Of a DNA stretch of 64,000 bases, positions 48,301 through 59,014 are shown piece by piece. The notes beneath the pieces were generated by a model. That model was not told the origin of the DNA and searched no databases. It saw only the letters and a program-made list of their open reading frames with translations. The stretch is from Candidatus Latescibacterota bacterium (lineage in GTDB: Bacteria > Krumholzibacteriota > Krumholzibacteriia > WVZY01 > JAKEHA01). The position numbers and the translations under genes were made by a program. Position 1 is the stretch's first letter; the number at the start of each line of letters is the position of its first letter. The stretch lies in NCBI GenBank assembly GCA_963707635.1, contig OY970173.1, positions 1,856,001-1,920,000 of the forward strand. The letters run 5' to 3'.

Positions 48301-49989
48301 CTACAGCACCGTGTAGTTCGGTCCCTGGCCGCCTTCCGGCGGTGTCCAGCGGATGTTGTCCAGCGGGCACTTGATGTCGCAGGTCTGGCAGTGCACGCAG
48401 TTGGCGAAGTTGACCTGCAGGCGCAGCGCGCCGCCGTCGGTTCCGATCATCTCGTAAACGTTGGCGGGGCAGAAACGATTGCACGGGTAGCGGTACTTGG
48501 ACACGCAGGTGTCGTAGCATTTGGTGGTGTCGAGCACCTTGAGATGCGAGGGCTGGTCTTCTCCGTGCATGGTGCCGGAGAGGTACACGTTGGCCACCTT
48601 GTCGAGAAAGCGCGTGCCGTCGTACCCGGGCGGCGGCGGCAACTCGCGGTCGACCGCGTAGTACTCCGCCACGCTCTTGAGCGTGTAGCGATCCTCCTTC
48701 GGGTGCGGGGCGCCCAACGCGTCGGCCCCGCCGGTGAGCTGCTGCAGCCCCAGGTGGAAGAACGCGCGCGGCATGCCGAGCGACATCGCGTGGTGGAAGT
48801 GTCGCGACTTGCGCATCTGGCGGCCCACGTAGCTCTCGTCCACCGCCTGCTGGTAGGGGGCGAGCGCCTGCTCGGAGAAATCACCGGCCACCAGCGCGTG
48901 GTAGAGCGTCTGCGCGGCCAGCATCCCCGATTTCATCGCGAGGTGGATCCCTTTCAGGCGCGCCATGTCGACCAGGGAGGCGGCCTCGCCGATCAGGAGC
49001 GCGCCGTCGGTGTGAAGCTTCGGGATCGAGTAGTACCCGCCGGCGCTGATGACCTTGGCCCCGTAGTACGCGCTCTTTCCGCCCTCGAGCAGCTTGGCGA
49101 TGGTCGGGTGGGCCTTGAACTGCTGGAGCTGCTGGTGCGGGTCGATGAACGGGTCCTTGTAGTCGAGCGGTGTCACCAGCCCCAGCGACACCAGATTGTT
49201 GCCCATGGTGTAGATGAACGTGCCGCCGACGCAGTCGCTGCGGAACGGGTAGCCCATGGTGTGGATCACGCGTCCAACGTCGGTGCGCCCGGGGGGCAAC
49301 TCGAACACTTCCTTCACCCCGGTCTCGAACACCTGGCGCGACTTTCCATCGAGCAGGTTGCGCCGCTCGATCAGCTGCTTGGACAAGTACCCGCGCGGCC
49401 CGTCGCCGAACACGGTGACCTTCGCACGCAGGTCGATGCCGGGCTCGAAGTTGGCCTTGCGCTCACCGTGCCGGTCGATGCCCTTGTCGCCGGTTCGCAC
49501 TCCGACGACGGCGCCATTCTCTTCCAGAATCTCCACGCCGGCGAAGCCGGGGAAGATGTTGACGCCCGCCGCCTCGACCAGCCCGCCCAGCCAGCGATTG
49601 AACCGGCCCAGCGCCACGATGTAGTTGCCGTGGTTGCGTAGCGGCGGGGGTGTCACGGGAAAGCGCAGCGCGTGGTTCGCCGTGAGGAAATACACGTCCT
49701 CGGCGTCGACGGTGTGCTCGATGGGGCAGCCTTTGTCCTGGTAGTCCGGGACCAGCTCGCGCAGCGCGATGGGGTCGAGCACCGCGCCGGAAAGCGAGTG
49801 CGCCCCCACTTCGCTGCCCTTTTCGATGATCGCGATCACGGGGCTCAAGGTCGCTCCCGGCCCGCCCTGCGAGACCCGTTGGTTGTGGGCCTCGATCATT
49901 CGCTGAAGGTGCAGCGCTCCCGCCAGGGACGCGGCCCCCGCGCCCACGAACAGTACGTCGACCTCCATGATCTCTCGATGCTCGGTCAT
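48301..49989 (-). CDS. Electron transfer flavoprotein-ubiquinone oxidoreductase
   Basis: DVLFVGAG FAD motif, EKG.EVGAH.LSGAV, KGIHLAMKSG; C-terminal FCPANVYE and NCVHCQTCDIK Fe-S domain. Confidence 0.92.
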   Translation of the reverse strand: MTEHREIMEVDVLFVGAGAASLAGALHLQRMIEAHNQRVSQGGPGATLSPVIAIIEKGSEVGAHSLSGAVLDPIALRELVPDYQDKGCPIEHTVDAEDVYFLTANHALRFPVTPPPLRNHGNYIVALGRFNRWLGGLVEAAGVNIFPGFAGVEILEENGAVVGVRTGDKGIDRHGERKANFEPGIDLRAKVTVFGDGPRGYLSKQLIERRNLLDGKSRQVFETGVKEVFELPPGRTDVGRVIHTMGYPFRSDCVGGTFIYTMGNNLVSLGLVTPLDYKDPFIDPHQQLQQFKAHPTIAKLLEGGKSAYYGAKVISAGGYYSIPKLHTDGALLIGEAASLVDMARLKGIHLAMKSGMLAAQTLYHALVAGDFSEQALAPYQQAVDESYVGRQMRKSRHFHHAMSLGMPRAFFHLGLQQLTGGADALGAPHPKEDRYTLKSVAEYYAVDRELPPPPGYDGTRFLDKVANVYLSGTMHGEDQPSHLKVLDTTKCYDTCVSKYRYPCNRFCPANVYEMIGTDGGALRLQVNFANCVHCQTCDIKCPLDNIRWTPPEGGQGPNYTVL

Positions 49990-50104
49990 GTTGCCTCCCG
50001 GCGGGACGTGACACCGCGCTCGCCGACGCGGCTGGGCGCCCGGCCCGCGCCGCGAATCATACGGGCTTCGCGAACGCGCGTCAAAGCGTAACCCGGGAAT
50101 TGCC

Positions 50105-50132
50105 TTGACATTGGCCGGTTGTCGGGTAGATT
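50105..50132 (+). promoter_or_regulatory. Putative sigma70 promoter of nuoI
   Basis: TTGACA-N16-TAGATT. Confidence 0.45.
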
Positions 50133-50195
50133 TAGCCTCACGTGAACTGAAGAACAAGCCGCCGCGGGCGCCTGTGCTCGCACGACTGGAGACCC

Positions 50196-50729
50196 ATGGC
50201 CACCCGCGTCATCACCACCGCACTCGATCAGCCGCGTTCCTGGTGGGAGCGAACCTACCTGGGGGAAGTCTTCCGCGGCCTCGGGATCACCATGGCGCAC
50301 ATGGTGAAGAACCTGGCGGAGCTGCGCAACGACCGGGTCGGAATGACTTACCAGTGGCCCGAGCAGCCGATGCCGCTGCCGCCGACATTCCGCGGCGAGC
50401 ATCGATTGATGCAGCGCCCCGACGGCACGCCGCGCTGCGTGTCGTGCAACTGCTGCGCGACCGCGTGCCCCGCCAATTGCATCGAGATCGTCGGCGCCGA
50501 TACCGGCCACGACGGCGTCGAGAAGTACCCGGTTCGATTCGACATCGACATCCTGCAGTGTGTCTACTGCGGTCTGTGCGTCGAGGCGTGTCCCTGCGAC
50601 GCGATTCGCATGGACACGGGGAAGATCACGGACGCGTACTTCGAGGGCCCGGTCAAGATCCTCGACATCGACTACCTCCTCAAGAACCACCCCGACGACA
50701 AGAGTCCCCTGAGCGAAGCGATCTACTGA
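50196..50729 (+). CDS. nuoI: NADH-quinone oxidoreductase subunit I (orphan)
   Basis: T.QWPE, FRGEH.L, CVSCNCCATACP, F.ID...CVYCGLCVEACPCDAI. Confidence 0.88.
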   Translation: MATRVITTALDQPRSWWERTYLGEVFRGLGITMAHMVKNLAELRNDRVGMTYQWPEQPMPLPPTFRGEHRLMQRPDGTPRCVSCNCCATACPANCIEIVGADTGHDGVEKYPVRFDIDILQCVYCGLCVEACPCDAIRMDTGKITDAYFEGPVKILDIDYLLKNHPDDKSPLSEAIY

Positions 50730-50750
50730 TGAGCGAAGCGATCTGCTGAT
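50710..50750. repeat. 20-bp tandem duplication spanning the nuoI stop codon
   Basis: GAGCGAAGCGATCTACTGAT followed by GAGCGAAGCGATCTGCTGAT (1 mismatch). Confidence 0.85.
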
Positions 50751-50758
50751 CGCGCGGC

Positions 50759-52171
50759 TCACGGGTCGGGCAGCAGCTTGCCGGGGTTGAGAATTCCGAC
50801 GGGGTCGAACGCGCGCTTGATCGCGCGCATGATCTCGATCTCCTGGCTCGAAAACGCAATCGGAAGATACTTCTTCTGCACGTAGCCGATGCCGTGCTCG
50901 CCCGAGATCAGCCCGCCGAGCGACACGGTGAGCTCGAACATCTCGCGGATGGCGGGCTCGAGCGCGTGGTTCCACCTCTCGTCGCTCATGTCCATCTTGA
51001 GGATATTGACGTGGAGGTTGCCGTCGCCCGCGTGCCCGTAGCACACGGTACGGATGCCGTGGCGCGCGGCGATCTCCTTGACCCCGAGCAGGAGCGGGAC
51101 CAGGCTTGCGCGCGGCACCACCGTGTCCTCCTCTTTGTAGATCGACTCCGACTTCACCGCCACGCCGATCGCGCGCCGCAGCGCCCACATTTCGTTCATG
51201 CGGGCGCCGGTGTCCGCGACGAGCACGTCGGTGGCGCCCTCGCCCAGCGCGATCTCCGCCACTCGTTCGGCTTCGCGCTGGATGACGCCCTCGTCGTTGC
51301 CGTCGAGCTCGATCATGAGCTGGGCGGCGGCGCCGGGGTTGGGAAACGCCTTCCCGAGGTGGCGCTGCGTGATTTCGATCGCGTCTCGCTCCATGAACTC
51401 GAGCGCGGATGGAATCACGCCGGCGTTCATGATCGCCGGGACCGTGCGCGCGCACGCTTCGAGCGAATCGAAGGGGACGAGAAGCATGGTGCGATGGCGC
51501 GGAATCGGGAGCAGGCGAAGGTAGATCCTGGTGATGATCGCGAGCGTCCCCTCGGAACCGACGATCAGCTGCGTGAGGTTGTAGCCGGTCACGTTCTTCA
51601 AAAGTTTCCCGCCGTGCCGGATGAAGTCGCCGTTGGGGAGCACCGCCTCGATGCCGGTGACGAAGTCGCGGGTGACGCCGTACTTGACGGCGCGGGGGCC
51701 GCCGGAGCATTCCGCCAGGTTGCCGCCGAGGAAGCAGCTCCCGCGGCTCGCGGGGTCGGGAGGGTAGAACAGGCCGACGGCCTCGACTGCCTCCTGAAAC
51801 ACCTGCGTGATCACACCGGGTTCCACCACCGCCATCAGGTTGTCCCGGTCGATCTCGACGATGCGGTCGAGCGCGCGCGTCGACAGCACGATCCCACCGT
51901 GGACGGGGAGCGCGCCGCCGGAGAGCCCGGTCCCGGCGCCGCGCGGCGTGACCGGCACGCGGTGCGCCCCCGCGATCCGCATCACGGCCGCCACGCCGCT
52001 CGCATCGGCGGGCGTGACCACGACCTCGGGAGGGAATGCGAGGTCTTCGGTCTCGTCGGAGGCGGCGTGGGCGAGCGCGTCGGCGTCGGTGTGGACGGCG
52101 GCGGCGCCGAGTGCGGCGCGAAGCGCGTCGATCACCGCCGGCGAGACGGGGTTGAAGGGTGAGGCGTTCAT
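50759..52171 (-). CDS. FAD-linked 2-hydroxyacid oxidase/dehydrogenase (GlcD/D-lactate dehydrogenase-like)
   Basis: PRGAGTGLSGG, YPPDPAS, KYGVTRD, GSEGTLA, GHAGDGNLH, SGEHGIG, LNPGK. Confidence 0.9.
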   Translation of the reverse strand: MNASPFNPVSPAVIDALRAALGAAAVHTDADALAHAASDETEDLAFPPEVVVTPADASGVAAVMRIAGAHRVPVTPRGAGTGLSGGALPVHGGIVLSTRALDRIVEIDRDNLMAVVEPGVITQVFQEAVEAVGLFYPPDPASRGSCFLGGNLAECSGGPRAVKYGVTRDFVTGIEAVLPNGDFIRHGGKLLKNVTGYNLTQLIVGSEGTLAIITRIYLRLLPIPRHRTMLLVPFDSLEACARTVPAIMNAGVIPSALEFMERDAIEITQRHLGKAFPNPGAAAQLMIELDGNDEGVIQREAERVAEIALGEGATDVLVADTGARMNEMWALRRAIGVAVKSESIYKEEDTVVPRASLVPLLLGVKEIAARHGIRTVCYGHAGDGNLHVNILKMDMSDERWNHALEPAIREMFELTVSLGGLISGEHGIGYVQKKYLPIAFSSQEIEIMRAIKRAFDPVGILNPGKLLPDP

Positions 52172-52267
52172 GGCGCAGCGCGCGCTCCCGCGCGGGAGCG
52201 AATGTAGCATCGGAGTTCCGGTGCGGCAACGTGCTTTGCAGACCGTCGGCCGGTCCTTCTTGACCCG

Positions 52268-52306
52268 AAATACAAAGCGCGCCCCCCGGGGCCCGGGGAG
52301 CGCGCT
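52268..52306 (-). terminator. Probable intrinsic terminator of the NHL genes
   Basis: Minus strand: AGCGCGC-TCCCCGG...GGGGGG-CGCGCT hairpin followed by TTGTATTT. Confidence 0.6.
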
Positions 52307-52330
52307 CCGTGCGCAATTCTGCTCGTCTCG

Positions 52331-53575
52331 CTAGCGGTAGAGGATTCGGATCACGTTGTTCTCCGTGTCCGAGATCCACACGCGCCCGCGCGCATCCACT
52401 TCGACCCCGATGGGGGCGGTGAGATTGATCTCCGCCGCGAGTTTCCCGTTCTCCGCGCGCACGTTCTCCGGCGCGAGCGGCAGGGCGTTGGGCGCGCGTA
52501 CATGGCCGGCCACGGTCGAGATGGTACCGTCCGTTGCGACCATGCGGATCACGTGATTGCCGGTGTCGGCGATGTAGACGTTGCCGTCGGCGTCCACCGC
52601 GACGTCGCGGGGCTGGCGCAACAGAGCGGACGTTGCCAGACCCCCGTCGCCGCCGAACCCGGGGGTGGTCCCCACGCCGGCGAACTGGTGGATGATTCCG
52701 TTCGTGTCGACCACGCGCACGCAATGATTCACCGTGTCGGCGATATAGAGATTCCCGTTCGCGTCATAGACGATCTTGCCACCCGGATCCGCCACCTGGC
52801 CGCGGTCGAAGCTCAACTTGGCCGCCGTCGCCGGCCCCTCGTTGCCCGAGAAGCCGGCCCCGTACTGGAGCACGCCGTTCACCAGTACCGGCGCCGTCCC
52901 CGCGATGGTGGTGATGATCCCGTTGTCGTCGATGCGGCGCACGATCATGTTGGCCTGGTCGGCGAAGACGAGCAGGCCGTTCGGATCGAAGGCCAGTCCC
53001 ACCGGCAGGTCGACGAATGCCTGCGCGGCCGGCTGGTTGTCGCCGTTGAACGAGCGGTTGCCATTGCCGCAGAAGCGGTCCATCAGCCCGGTGCCCAAAT
53101 TGAGACGGAGCAGCATCGAGTTGTGCCACGCGCACAGGATCATGTCGCCGTTGTTCGGGTCGAAGACCACGTGCGTGGGGTGGTTGAGCTTGGCGTTGGT
53201 CGCCACGATGCCGGTGCACGGCGCCGGCGCGCCCGGGCACGGGTCGCCGAAGTCGCCGTCGGCCACGCCGACCACGAGCTCGAACTCGCCGCCGGCCGTG
53301 GTCCTGATCACGCGATGATTGTTCCAGTCGAGAACGTAAGGCGTGCCGGCGGGCGAGAAGACGACGTCCAGCGGCCAGTAGAGCTGGGTCTGAGCGGGCG
53401 CTTCGCCCATCGGGCCGTATCCCGGCGCGCCGTTTCCCGCCCAGTTGTACACGTGCCCCGGTTGCGGGGTCGTGTCCTCCGGCTCGGCAGGGCTGTCGGA
53501 GGAGCCGCAGCTCGAGAGCATCATTCCTCCGACTACTGCGGCGAGGCAAAATGAACGCTTGATCCAGATGTTCAT
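52331..53575 (-). CDS. NHL-repeat beta-propeller lipoprotein
   Basis: LSSC lipobox; repeated GF.GD.G.A..A.L..P..V..D..G.LYIADT.N..IR. Confidence 0.88.
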   Translation of the reverse strand: MNIWIKRSFCLAAVVGGMMLSSCGSSDSPAEPEDTTPQPGHVYNWAGNGAPGYGPMGEAPAQTQLYWPLDVVFSPAGTPYVLDWNNHRVIRTTAGGEFELVVGVADGDFGDPCPGAPAPCTGIVATNAKLNHPTHVVFDPNNGDMILCAWHNSMLLRLNLGTGLMDRFCGNGNRSFNGDNQPAAQAFVDLPVGLAFDPNGLLVFADQANMIVRRIDDNGIITTIAGTAPVLVNGVLQYGAGFSGNEGPATAAKLSFDRGQVADPGGKIVYDANGNLYIADTVNHCVRVVDTNGIIHQFAGVGTTPGFGGDGGLATSALLRQPRDVAVDADGNVYIADTGNHVIRMVATDGTISTVAGHVRAPNALPLAPENVRAENGKLAAEINLTAPIGVEVDARGRVWISDTENNVIRILYR

Positions 53576-53588
53576 GATCGGTTGCTCC

Positions 53589-54806
53589 TCAATCGTGCAT
53601 CTTCACACGGCGGATCCGGTGATTGTAGGTGTCGGCGATATACAGATGGCCGTCCGCGTCGAAGCCGACTCCGTACGGCCATGCGAGCTTCGCGCTGACG
53701 GCGGCGCCGCCGTCTCCGTCATAACCCTTGGTGCCGTTGCCGGCCACGGTCGTGATCGTGTTGGCGGTGAAGTCGACAGCCCGGACTCGATTATTGTACG
53801 TATCCGCGATGTAGAGTCGGCCATCGGGCCCAAAGACAATGTCGAGCGGCGAATTGAGCGACGCGAGCAACGGGTCGCCGCCGTCGCCGCCGAATGCGGC
53901 CGCGCCGTTTCCCACTACGGTCGTGATCAGGGGCGTGCCGAAGTCGACACGGCGGATACGGTTATTGTTGGTGTCGGCGATGTACAGCCGGCCCTGGCTG
54001 TCAAGCGCGACACCGCCCGCCGGAGGATTCGGATTGCCGCCGGTCGGCATGCTCAGGCGGCCGTCGGTGGGCGCTACGTTGTCGACGAACGAGCCCGGCT
54101 GCGTGTTGCACTGCGGTACAGACACCACCGTGGAAACCACCCCGGTGCTTCCGTCGATCTTGCGAATGCACTGGTTGCGCTGGTCGTTAATGTAAAGCGA
54201 GCCGTCCGGGGCCTCGACCACGTGTGCGACCTGGTTGAGCAAAGCGGTTGGCAGCGAGGCGCCGCTGCCGTCGCCGCTGCATCCAGGTCCGCGCCCCATG
54301 ATCACCATGATATTGCCCGTCGCGGGGTCCCACTCACGCAGCTTGTGATTGTGCCAGCACACGATCAGCAGCTTGCCGTTCGAGCGCTCGAATACCTGTG
54401 TCGGGTGGTTGAGGTCGCAGTCCGTCCCCGGAACTCCGGGCGCCACCAGATCCTTGCCCACGTCCGGCGGCGGGGGACCATCGCCGATGCTTGGCGTGCC
54501 CACGATGGTCTGACAGTTGCCCGGCCCGTCCACATGGCGGATGCGATGGTTGTTCCAGTCGGTGATAAAGACGCCCAGGTTCGGTGTGAACTCCACGTCG
54601 ACCGGCCAGTAGAACTGCGTATTGGTGCGCGAATGGCCGTCGCCGTTGTAGCCGGCGCGGCCGGTGCCGGCCCAGGTGGTGATCGTCCCGACCGCGTCGG
54701 TGGGCGGGTTGTCCGGGGGCGGTGGAGACGTCGAGTCGTCGGAGCAGCTGATCGCGACAGTCGCCACAACGGCGAACGCGACCACGAGTACGCGAAGAGG
54801 GCTCAT
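53589..54806 (-). CDS. NHL-repeat beta-propeller lipoprotein (paralog of the neighbour)
   Basis: AISC lipobox; NHL repeats; shares YWP.DV.F, DWNNHR, LNHPT and WHN blocks with 52331-53575. Confidence 0.88.
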   Translation of the reverse strand: MSPLRVLVVAFAVVATVAISCSDDSTSPPPPDNPPTDAVGTITTWAGTGRAGYNGDGHSRTNTQFYWPVDVEFTPNLGVFITDWNNHRIRHVDGPGNCQTIVGTPSIGDGPPPPDVGKDLVAPGVPGTDCDLNHPTQVFERSNGKLLIVCWHNHKLREWDPATGNIMVIMGRGPGCSGDGSGASLPTALLNQVAHVVEAPDGSLYINDQRNQCIRKIDGSTGVVSTVVSVPQCNTQPGSFVDNVAPTDGRLSMPTGGNPNPPAGGVALDSQGRLYIADTNNNRIRRVDFGTPLITTVVGNGAAAFGGDGGDPLLASLNSPLDIVFGPDGRLYIADTYNNRVRAVDFTANTITTVAGNGTKGYDGDGGAAVSAKLAWPYGVGFDADGHLYIADTYNHRIRRVKMHD

Positions 54807-54887
54807 GGTGGTGGTGACTTCCGGGGCTAGGTGTTTGGAGATGCAGACGGCGGAACCGTCCAGCCAAGTAACCTGGAAACGGAAACG

Positions 54888-54917
54888 AGTTTATCACAGT
54901 TCGGGCGCTTGCGTCAA
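54888..54917 (-). promoter_or_regulatory. Putative promoter of the NHL pair
   Basis: TTGACG-N18-TAAACT with TG extension. Confidence 0.4.
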
Positions 54918-54930
54918 CAGGCACAACCGC

Positions 54931-55323
54931 TTACGGGTTTACCTTGACCGTCCCCTTCATCCCGGACGCGAAATGAGGCCGGCAGAAGTAGGGGAAGGTT
55001 CCCGCCGAGGTAAAGCGGTACCCGAATGTTCCCGATGATTTCACCCCGGAGTCGAACAGACGGCTCGGGTCCTGTGACGGATCGGGCGTGGTGCCCTGTG
55101 TCACCGAGTGCGAACCGCCCGCCCAGCGCCACGTCACGCTGTCGCCGACCGCGATGGTGACCGAGGAGGGGGAGAAGCTGGTGTTCTGGACGGTGATGGT
55201 TCCGTTGAACGGGCCCGGAGGCTCGCCCGGACCAGTGGAGTCGCTGCCGCAGGCGGTCACAAGCCCGGCTGCGACGACGAGCGCGCACGCGAATCGGCGC
55301 GCCAGAGATGCACGAATCTGCAT
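54931..55323 (-). CDS. Cupredoxin (plastocyanin/amicyanin-like) lipoprotein
   Basis: VTAC lipobox; type-1 Cu ligands H(SV)...YFC.PH...M; F.P..VTI.VGD.VTW; AGGAGG RBS. Confidence 0.88.
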   Translation of the reverse strand: MQIRASLARRFACALVVAAGLVTACGSDSTGPGEPPGPFNGTITVQNTSFSPSSVTIAVGDSVTWRWAGGSHSVTQGTTPDPSQDPSRLFDSGVKSSGTFGYRFTSAGTFPYFCRPHFASGMKGTVKVNP

Positions 55324-55371
55324 GGGTGGTACCTCCTGGAGAACCGGTGCGGGGGGCAAGAGGGAGTATAG

Positions 55372-56445
<1,074 letters not shown>

Positions 56446-56479
56446 GCGCGGCGGCGGTTTTGAACCGGAGGTCAGGATA

Positions 56480-57241
56480 ATGAAACGCTGGTCCCTGCTG
56501 GTGGCCGTGTTCTGCCTGGGGTGTGGATCCGTGCGCGCGGTAGCCGACGGCGCCGACGCTGGCGCCGTCTCGCGCGCGGCGGCCAAGTTCTACATGACAA
56601 TAGAGACGGGTACGCCCGGCCAGGCGGACTACCGCTTCGTCTACACCGACCGCGCCGGGCACGTCCACGTCTACGCGATGAAGGACGGAGCGCTGAATCT
56701 GGCGTGGGAGGCGACCACGCTGGGCTCGCGCGCCACGGCCATGTTCGTGACCGATCTGTACGGGGACGGAAAGCTGAAGCTGGTGGTGAGCACTGTGGGC
56801 GGCCGGGTGCTGATCTGGGACTTCGCCTCCTACGAGCTGGAGTGGGAGAACCTCCAGCAGCGGTACAATCGCATCGACTACATGGAGCACGCGAATCTCG
56901 ACAACGATCGCCAGCAGGAAGTCGTCATCCTCGCCGATGACCGTGTGTTTATTTTCGACGGCTACAACCGCAACATTCAGTGGAACAGCACGACCCAGAT
57001 GATCGCGAAGTTCATGGTGATCGGCAACGTCGACGACGATGCGCAACTCGAGATCATTCTCAACACGGGTCGCATCATCGACAGCCGGTTCTACAACATC
57101 CAGTTTGAGACCGACTCGCCCTTCGGCGACCGGATGATGCTGGCCGACGTCACCGGCGACGGTTACTCGGACGTGATCGGCGAGTTCCCCGACCGGACCG
57201 TGCGCGTCTTCGACGTCTGGCGCGGGCGCGAGGTCTGGTAG
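56480..57241 (+). CDS. Secreted FG-GAP/VCBS-like repeat protein
   Basis: Signal peptide; Dx[DN]xDG-like repeats (DLYGDGK, NLDNDRQQE, NVDDDAQLE, DVTGDGYSD). Confidence 0.7.
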   Translation: MKRWSLLVAVFCLGCGSVRAVADGADAGAVSRAAAKFYMTIETGTPGQADYRFVYTDRAGHVHVYAMKDGALNLAWEATTLGSRATAMFVTDLYGDGKLKLVVSTVGGRVLIWDFASYELEWENLQQRYNRIDYMEHANLDNDRQQEVVILADDRVFIFDGYNRNIQWNSTTQMIAKFMVIGNVDDDAQLEIILNTGRIIDSRFYNIQFETDSPFGDRMMLADVTGDGYSDVIGEFPDRTVRVFDVWRGREVW

Positions 57242-57250
57242 CGCCGGTCG

Positions 57251-57898
57251 TCACTTCCGCTTCTCGAAATCGATTCGCACCCGCGTCGACAACGTCGCGG
57301 GCCTGCCGTCCACCGAGCCGGGCAGGAACCGGATCTGGGCTGCGGCGTTGAGCGCGGAGCGCAGACAATCTGCCGGGAAATCCCGATCGACCGGCTTCAC
57401 CTCGAGGACGGTGCCGTCCTCACCCACGCGAATATCCACGTCCACGTGGCGACCGATACACTGCTTCAAGCGGCTGGTCTCCGGCCACGTCATCTCGACC
57501 GGGCGCGGCAGGATGACGCGGTTGGCAGTCGCCGGCGCGCGGGTCGCTGCCGGGGCACCCGCCAGGTCGAGGGAGTCGAGTCCGCCGTCGTCGCCGCCTC
57601 CCGGCGAATTCGTAACCGTGGTTTCCGCGGCGGCCGGCGGGACGGCCGGGGGTGGGAGCGGTTCGTCGGGGATCGGTGTCACGTCGATCGGCCGCAACCG
57701 GTTTTCGACGTCGACCTGGATGGCGATGACCGCATCCGGCACCGTCGCGACGCCGAGGGGCGGCTGTGCGGGCGGTGATTCCGCCTCGTGCGGGTGAACT
57801 CCAAACAGAGACGGTCGCACGGTCGCGAGTGCCAGCAGGAGCAGCACGACGGCGCCTGCGAGCATGACTCGCGCGCGGGTTTTGGTGGTGCGGCTCAC
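57251..57898 (-). CDS. TonB-family energy transducer-like protein
   Basis: N-terminal TM, Pro-rich linker, C-terminal G.V.V...V..DG.V...A..AA....F.P...DG.P. Confidence 0.7.
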   Translation of the reverse strand: MSRTTKTRARVMLAGAVVLLLLALATVRPSLFGVHPHEAESPPAQPPLGVATVPDAVIAIQVDVENRLRPIDVTPIPDEPLPPPAVPPAAAETTVTNSPGGGDDGGLDSLDLAGAPAATRAPATANRVILPRPVEMTWPETSRLKQCIGRHVDVDIRVGEDGTVLEVKPVDRDFPADCLRSALNAAAQIRFLPGSVDGRPATLSTRVRIDFEKRK

Positions 57899-57963
57899 GC
57901 GTGGACCCCGCGGGTGATGGTGCCCGGGACGCGTGTATGGTATCGTGCCCGACGGAGCAAGCC

Positions 57964-58590
57964 GTGCATCAACGCCTCACGCTTCCGAACATACTCACCG
58001 TCGCCAGGATCGGGATGGCTGGAATCGCCGGGTGTCTGGCGGTGGTGGCGCGCGCCGACGCGGCGGCCGTCGCCGTGCTCATCGCGGCCGCGTTGCTCGA
58101 TGCCTTCGACGGCTGGTACGCGCGGACGTTCTCGCAGTGTTCGGCGCTGGGAACACACCTCGACCCGTTTGCGGACAAGTTGCTGATGGGGGTCGTCTAC
58201 GCGTGGATCGGAGTCGACGCGGGTTCGACGCTGGTGTGGACGTTGATCGCACTCGCCGGCGCGCGCGAGGTCGCCATCACCGCGCTTCGTTCCTACAGCC
58301 TGCGGCGCCACGGGCGTTTCATCCCCGCCAGCCGGCTGGGTCGCGCCAAGATGCTCGCGCAGAGCGTGGCCGGGCTCACTATCCTGTCGGTGTCGCACTT
58401 CCTCGGGCGCTCCGTTCCGACCGGGATCGTCGCTGCCGCGGTGCTGGCCACTCTGGCGGTTTCGTATGCCGGGGGCATTGCGTATGTGGTGGAGTGGCGG
58501 CGTGGGGGGCCCGTAGACGGGCACGAAGGCAAAGGGGCCTGCCGCCGACCAGAAGCAGACCCACTTTGCGCTACCCACATCCATGGTTAG
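57964..58590 (+). CDS. CDP-alcohol phosphatidyltransferase (PgsA-like)
   Basis: LPNILT.AR, D..DG..AR......G..LDP.ADK, RE, LG..K...Q. Confidence 0.88.
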   Translation: MHQRLTLPNILTVARIGMAGIAGCLAVVARADAAAVAVLIAAALLDAFDGWYARTFSQCSALGTHLDPFADKLLMGVVYAWIGVDAGSTLVWTLIALAGAREVAITALRSYSLRRHGRFIPASRLGRAKMLAQSVAGLTILSVSHFLGRSVPTGIVAAAVLATLAVSYAGGIAYVVEWRRGGPVDGHEGKGACRRPEADPLCATHIHG

Positions 58591-58663
58591 GCTGGTAGCA
58601 CACCAAAGGTAGGCGAGGCCTTCGCGATTGTCAAGGCAGCCGCCCGACGCTATCTTCCGAGTA

Positions 58664-59014
58664 GTGCTCACCGATCGGCTGAAACAGTTCATCGTGCTTG
58701 TGGTTTGTGCCGCGCTGGTCGCGGCCGGATTCCCGCATGGCCCGGCGCGCGCGGCGGGCTCGGCGAGTCCCGGGAACGAATACCTGCTGCGCGACGCGCT
58801 CCCCGCCGTCGCCCACGCGTCGGAGCCGCCGGATTCCAGCGAAGACGAGTTCTTCCTCCCCAAGGAAACGGACAACAAGAAACTCATCCGCGACATCACC
58901 GTGTTCGTCATCGTCTCGGCATTCGTCGCGTTCTTCATCATCAAGGTATTCATCGAGAAGGACGAAGACCCCCCGCCGCCGGATAACAACGGCAAGCCGC
59001 TCCCGCCGTACTGA
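58664..59014 (+). CDS. Hypothetical small membrane protein
   Basis: Signal-like N-terminus, one TM helix, Pro-rich C-terminus; fills the gap between convergent genes. Confidence 0.55.
   Translation: MLTDRLKQFIVLVVCAALVAAGFPHGPARAAGSASPGNEYLLRDALPAVAHASEPPDSSEDEFFLPKETDNKKLIRDITVFVIVSAFVAFFIIKVFIEKDEDPPPPDNNGKPLPPY

Noticed and set aside
50710..50750. CRISPR array
   Set aside because: Two abutting copies with no spacer and no cas genes; no array found anywhere in the window
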